From assembly GCA_963712905.1 (NCBI GenBank), contig CAVQJU010000014.1, forward strand, positions 170,661-234,660: a stretch of DNA of 64,000 nt, read 5' to 3'. This stretch comes from an uncultured Acidobacteriota bacterium. Lineage in GTDB: Bacteria > Acidobacteriota > Vicinamibacteria > Vicinamibacterales > CAVVIG01. How positions within the stretch are numbered: position 1 is the stretch's first letter; every line of letters begins with the position of its first letter. Shown piece after piece: positions 60,768 through 64,000 of this stretch. The notes beneath the pieces are model-generated. The model searched no databases. It was not told the DNA's origin and saw only the letters and a program-made list of their open reading frames with translations. The position numbers were made by a program, and so were the translations under genes.

Positions 60768-61946
60768 TTACGACGCCGTGAGCAGGCGCCACGCCAGGCC
60801 GACTTCGAACGTGCCGGCCAGCGACCACTTGAGCGACGAGTACGCCCGCCGTCCCGCGACCAGGTCCGCCATCACGGTCCGGATCCCGGCGCTGTCCGTC
60901 AGGGCGTCGATGAGCAGACGCGCAAAGCGCGGGCGGAAGAACCCGGCTTTATAGCGCGCGGCGATCGCGAGGTCCGCCGCCATCTCGTCGCGCACCTGTT
61001 CCTGGTAGCGGGCGTGCGAGGCGCCGGGCGACAGGGCCGCCTGCGCGGCGAGCTCGCCCGAGCGCAGCGCGAAGTAGATGCCCTCACGCGTGATGGGATC
61101 GACGAGGCCTGCCGCGTCCCCGGCCAGGAACCACCCGGGTCCGGCGACCGTCAGCGACCGGAAGCCGGCGGCCGACAGCGAGGGAATCGGCCACGAATAC
61201 GGCTCGAGCCGCGCGCCGTCGGCCAGCGCCAGCCGGCCGATCCAGCCCGCGGTCCGGGACCGCAGGTCGGCGGCCGAGGCTCCGGCATCGGCCTGCGCGC
61301 AAATCCCCACTGCCAGATGGCCGGGCCGGGGGAACGACCAGAGGTAACCGGGCGGATCGGCCGCCAGCTCGACGACGATGTCGTTGCTTATCGGGCTCAC
61401 CGGGCTCGCCGCGCCGTGCGCGAAGTATCCGGTCGCAATCGACAGCTCCCCGCGCGCGAACGGCCGCGCGAGGCGCCGCCGCACGAGGCTGTTCGTTCCG
61501 TCAGCGCCGATCAGCCGGCGCGCCGCGACGCGGCGTGAACCGGCGTCGACGACGAAACCGTCCGGCGAGCGCGTGACGTCGAGGGCTCGCGCCGCCACGA
61601 ACTGCGCGCCCGCCTGGCGCGCCGCGTCCAGCAGCAGGCCGTCGAATTCCGCGCGGCTGGCGACGACCAGGGCATCGCCGTCGAGCGGAACCGTCACGGA
61701 GCGGCCGCCGGAGGCATCGACGAACCGCGCCGAGTGGATGCGGCGCGAGGGAAGACGCCCCGCGTCCACGGCATCGGCCACGAGCGCGAGCGCGCGGCCG
61801 GTGACGCCGCCGCCGCACGGTTTCTCGCGCGGGTGCGAGCCGTCGACGAGCGCCACGCGCGCGCCGGCGCGGGCGAGGCAGAACGCGGCGCGCGATCCGG
61901 CCGGCCCGGCTCCGACGATCACGACGTCGACGTTCATGGTGTCCAT
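60768..61946 (-). CDS. geranylgeranyl reductase-family FAD-dependent oxidoreductase
   Basis: Rossmann fold DVVIVGAGPAGSRAAFCLARAG, ..KPCGGGV.., GADGTNS, ..LAGDAAGLVDPITREGIYFAL.. Confidence 0.8.
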   Translation of the reverse strand: MDTMNVDVVIVGAGPAGSRAAFCLARAGARVALVDGSHPREKPCGGGVTGRALALVADAVDAGRLPSRRIHSARFVDASGGRSVTVPLDGDALVVASRAEFDGLLLDAARQAGAQFVAARALDVTRSPDGFVVDAGSRRVAARRLIGADGTNSLVRRRLARPFARGELSIATGYFAHGAASPVSPISNDIVVELAADPPGYLWSFPRPGHLAVGICAQADAGASAADLRSRTAGWIGRLALADGARLEPYSWPIPSLSAAGFRSLTVAGPGWFLAGDAAGLVDPITREGIYFALRSGELAAQAALSPGASHARYQEQVRDEMAADLAIAARYKAGFFRPRFARLLIDALTDSAGIRTVMADLVAGRRAYSSLKWSLAGTFEVGLAWRLLTAS

Positions 61947-61997
61947 GCGTGCGGCGCGCCGGGCGTGTCTCGCGGGCCGCGTGATACATTACACGGC

Positions 61998-62456
61998 ATG
62001 GTCGAAGTCGACGAACGACGATTCACGGTCGGGGTGTTTCAGGACATCCCGTGGGCCCAGAAGGGCCTGAACGCGCTGCGTCAGGCCGGATTTCCCGTCG
62101 AGTCACTGACGGTCCTGGCCAAGGCGAGCCCCGAGGCCGCCGATCTCGTGGAGGCTTCGCTCGGAGCAGCGGGCGAAACGCTGGAGCTCGCGGGCATCGG
62201 CGCCGTGGTCGGCCGCGGACCGCTCATCCAGGCACTGCAGGGTGACCAGCGCGACCTGCCGAAACTCGGGCTGTCGGGCACGATGCGCCGCGTGGGGTTC
62301 CAGCCTCACGACGGGCGCATTTTCGACGCGCTGACTACGCGCGGCGGCATTCTCGTCGCGATCGAAAGCGACCCTCGGGCGGCAGATGCGTTGGCACTGT
62401 TGCACTCCTACGGTGGTGGCAACGCCGCGATCGGCGCATGGACGGGCCGCGTCTAA
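61998..62456 (+). CDS. general-stress-protein-like small protein (YflT/GSP17M-like domain)
   Basis: VGVFQDIPWAQKGLNALRQAGFPVESLTVLAK... plus a second similar half (..GGILVAIESDPRAADALALLHSYGG). The assignment is tentative. Confidence 0.5.
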   Translation: MVEVDERRFTVGVFQDIPWAQKGLNALRQAGFPVESLTVLAKASPEAADLVEASLGAAGETLELAGIGAVVGRGPLIQALQGDQRDLPKLGLSGTMRRVGFQPHDGRIFDALTTRGGILVAIESDPRAADALALLHSYGGGNAAIGAWTGRV

Positions 62457-62546
62457 CGACTGTCCAGAAAGTCAAGAACGGCCCCTTTTGGAGACACTGT
62501 CAACCACGACGCCCCCGCCCGAGTCTCAAGAATGATGTAAACGGCG

Positions 62547-62562
62547 AGGCATCTGTTTTGCA
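62547..62562 (+). promoter_or_regulatory. sigma-54 (-24/-12) promoter candidate upstream of the TonB-family gene
   Basis: AGGCATCTGTTTTGCA: GG at 62548-62549 and GC at 62560-62561 with exactly 10 nt between. It matches the GGCA and TTGCA parts of the consensus TGGCACG-N4-TTGCW. It ends 59 nt upstream of ATG 62622. Confidence 0.5.
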
Positions 62563-62621
62563 GTTGCCTGCTGCCAGACTCGTGCGCGAGAATAACTAGA
62601 CCAGTCTCCTTTCGCTCCCAA

Positions 62622-63536
62622 ATGGCAGAGAGCACACCCAGCGCGGCGGCTCGCACGACGACGGCCGGGCACCTGTCGGTGTACGTCGAGGGCGCACACC
62701 CCGACGAAGTGCCGTTTCTGCTCGAACGCCAGCCCAGGCGGATGGGGTTCGCCGTAGGCGGCTCTGCCGTCGTCCAGCTTGTGATGTTTGTGCTGCTCAT
62801 TCTGGCGAGCCGGTACAAGCCCGTCGCAGCGCCAGTCTTTGCACTGCTCCCCGAGAACCCCAGCAAGGACATCATCTGGCTGAGTGAACCCGGCCCCGGC
62901 GGCGGCGGCGGTGGCGGCGGCAACAAGATGAAAGAGCCGCCCCGCAAGGCCGAGCTGCCCGGCAAGGACAAGATCACCGTGCCGGTGGAGAAGGCGCCGA
63001 AACTCGAGCCGGTCCAGACGAAAACCGAACCGCCGGTCATCGAGCAGCTGAATATTCCCGCGAAGACGCTCGCGTCGGCCGTCGACTCACTGCCAGGCGC
63101 CATCGAAGGGCCGCCGGGTCCGCCGACGGTGTCGCAGGGGAGCGGGTCGGGCGGCGGCGCTGGTACGGGCACCGGGTCGGGCATCGGGCCGGGCACCGGT
63201 TCCGGGCTCGGGCCGGGAAGCGGTGGCGGAACGGGCGGCGGCGTATACCGGCCCGGCAACGGCGTGACGCTTCCGGTTGTGCTCCGGGAAAAGAAGCCGC
63301 AGTACACCTCCGACGCGATGCGCGCGAAGGTCCAGGGCACGGTGCTGCTCGAGTGCGTCGTGAAACCGGACGGCAGCGTGGGCGAGGTGAAAGTAGTCCG
63401 GTCGCTCGATTCGACGTTCGGCCTGGATCTCGAAGCGATGAAGGCCGCCCGCGACTGGCGGTTCCGTCCCGGGATGCGGCAGGGCGAGCCGGTGGCCGTG
63501 CTCGTGACGATCGAGCTGACCTTTACGCTGCGCTAG
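62622..63536 (+). CDS. energy transducer TonB-family protein
   Basis: N-terminal TM (VVQLVMFVLLILA), Gly/Pro-rich linker, C-terminal TonB domain (PQYTSDAMRAKVQGTVLLECVVKPDGSVGEVKVVRSLDSTFGLDLEAMKAARDWRFRPG). Confidence 0.85.
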   Translation: MAESTPSAAARTTTAGHLSVYVEGAHPDEVPFLLERQPRRMGFAVGGSAVVQLVMFVLLILASRYKPVAAPVFALLPENPSKDIIWLSEPGPGGGGGGGGNKMKEPPRKAELPGKDKITVPVEKAPKLEPVQTKTEPPVIEQLNIPAKTLASAVDSLPGAIEGPPGPPTVSQGSGSGGGAGTGTGSGIGPGTGSGLGPGSGGGTGGGVYRPGNGVTLPVVLREKKPQYTSDAMRAKVQGTVLLECVVKPDGSVGEVKVVRSLDSTFGLDLEAMKAARDWRFRPGMRQGEPVAVLVTIELTFTLR

Positions 63537-63582
63537 CCCGCGCCCTGCGTTCCGGTGTCCAACAGTCAGCGAGGAATACCTG

Positions 63583-64000
63583 ATGCCGCGGCTGCTGCCC
63601 TGCCTCGTGGCGTTTTGCCTGGCGCCCGTATCGACTTTCTCTCAAGACATCGGCGTGAGCATCGGCGGCGGCGTCTTTCAGACTAACGGACAACCGCCCA
63701 GGGATGCCCGGCTGGCAACGGGACACGCGACGATTCGTGGACGTGTTCTTGCGAGCGACGGCGGGCAACCGTTGCGCCGCGCCACGGTCCGAATCAACGG
63801 TTCCGAACTCCGGGTCTCGCGAAGCGCGTTGACCGACGCCGAAGGCCGATACGACTTTCGTGATCTCCCGGCCGGGCGCTACTCGATCAACGCGTCCAAG
63901 CCCACGTTTGTGAACTGGTCCTACGGACAAACACTTCCAAACGGGCCGGGCAAACCCATCGCGCTGTCGGACAACCAGACGGCCGACAACGTCGAGATAC
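63583..64000 (+). CDS. carboxypeptidase-regulatory-like domain protein (probable TonB-dependent receptor), 5' part only
   Basis: ATG after GAGGAA. Signal peptide MPRLLPCLVAFCLAPVSTFSQ, then IRGRVLASDGGQPLRRATVRINGSELRVSRSALTDAEGRYDFRDLPAGRYSINASK. Runs off the window end. Confidence 0.7.
   Translation, partial: MPRLLPCLVAFCLAPVSTFSQDIGVSIGGGVFQTNGQPPRDARLATGHATIRGRVLASDGGQPLRRATVRINGSELRVSRSALTDAEGRYDFRDLPAGRYSINASKPTFVNWSYGQTLPNGPGKPIALSDNQTADNVEI

Noticed and set aside
62453-63340. A 295-aa minus-strand ORF rich in Pro, Gly and Ser, antisense to the TonB gene.
   Set aside because: It mirrors the Gly/Pro-rich linker of TonB on the opposite strand. The plus-strand frame has a TM anchor and a canonical TonB C-terminal domain.

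Overview
This is a GC-rich bacterial chromosomal segment with about 50 protein genes in tight, often overlapping operons. No rRNA, tRNA, CRISPR array, transposase or integrase was recognised. The gene style (CarboxypepD_reg-type TonB-dependent receptors, MacAB/RND/TolC efflux, ECF sigma/anti-sigma, a sigma-54 activator, Gly/Pro-rich TonB) suggests an Acidobacteriota-like soil bacterium; that is inference only.

Housekeeping genes recognised: rsmH, pgi, folK, ispH, pckA, gatB, ftsE/ftsX, rnr and tatA (tatA is absent from the ORF track because it is under 60 aa).

Accessory content:
- A desaturase + intramembrane histidine kinase + OmpR-type regulator operon, followed by cytochrome c and a PQQ dehydrogenase.
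- A small Cys/His/Met protein + TonB-dependent receptor + BNR propeller block, convergent with a lipoprotein + NRAMP pair.
- A DUF2089 / SHOCT-like / DedA trio behind a strikingly AT-rich palindromic leader.
- A tesA-ybbA-ybbP-like block.
- A 10.4-kb CpxP-like / TolC / MacAB / RND efflux super-operon.

The most unusual locus is a co-oriented 11.7-kb unit at 19786-31493 on the minus strand. It reads Cys-rich small protein, then TPR/GAF sigma-54 activator, then PilZ-like protein, then a ~2,540-aa secreted protein. That protein is built from a PD40-like propeller, seven near-identical ~200-aa modules (~600-bp tandem DNA repeats), MBG domains and Ig-like domains.

Several conserved genes are frame-interrupted as sequenced: rnr at least 9 times, plus gatB, pckA, the sigma-54 activator, cytochrome c, the giant protein and an alpha/beta hydrolase. 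More than 20 kb of neighbouring long genes are intact. Three of the breaks I resolved sit in or next to short homopolymer runs, so assembly error versus real decay must be settled from reads.

Recurrent GC-rich hairpins with TTTCA/TGAAA loops, a GATC-rich palindromic element and several phased direct repeats are not explained by the gene models.
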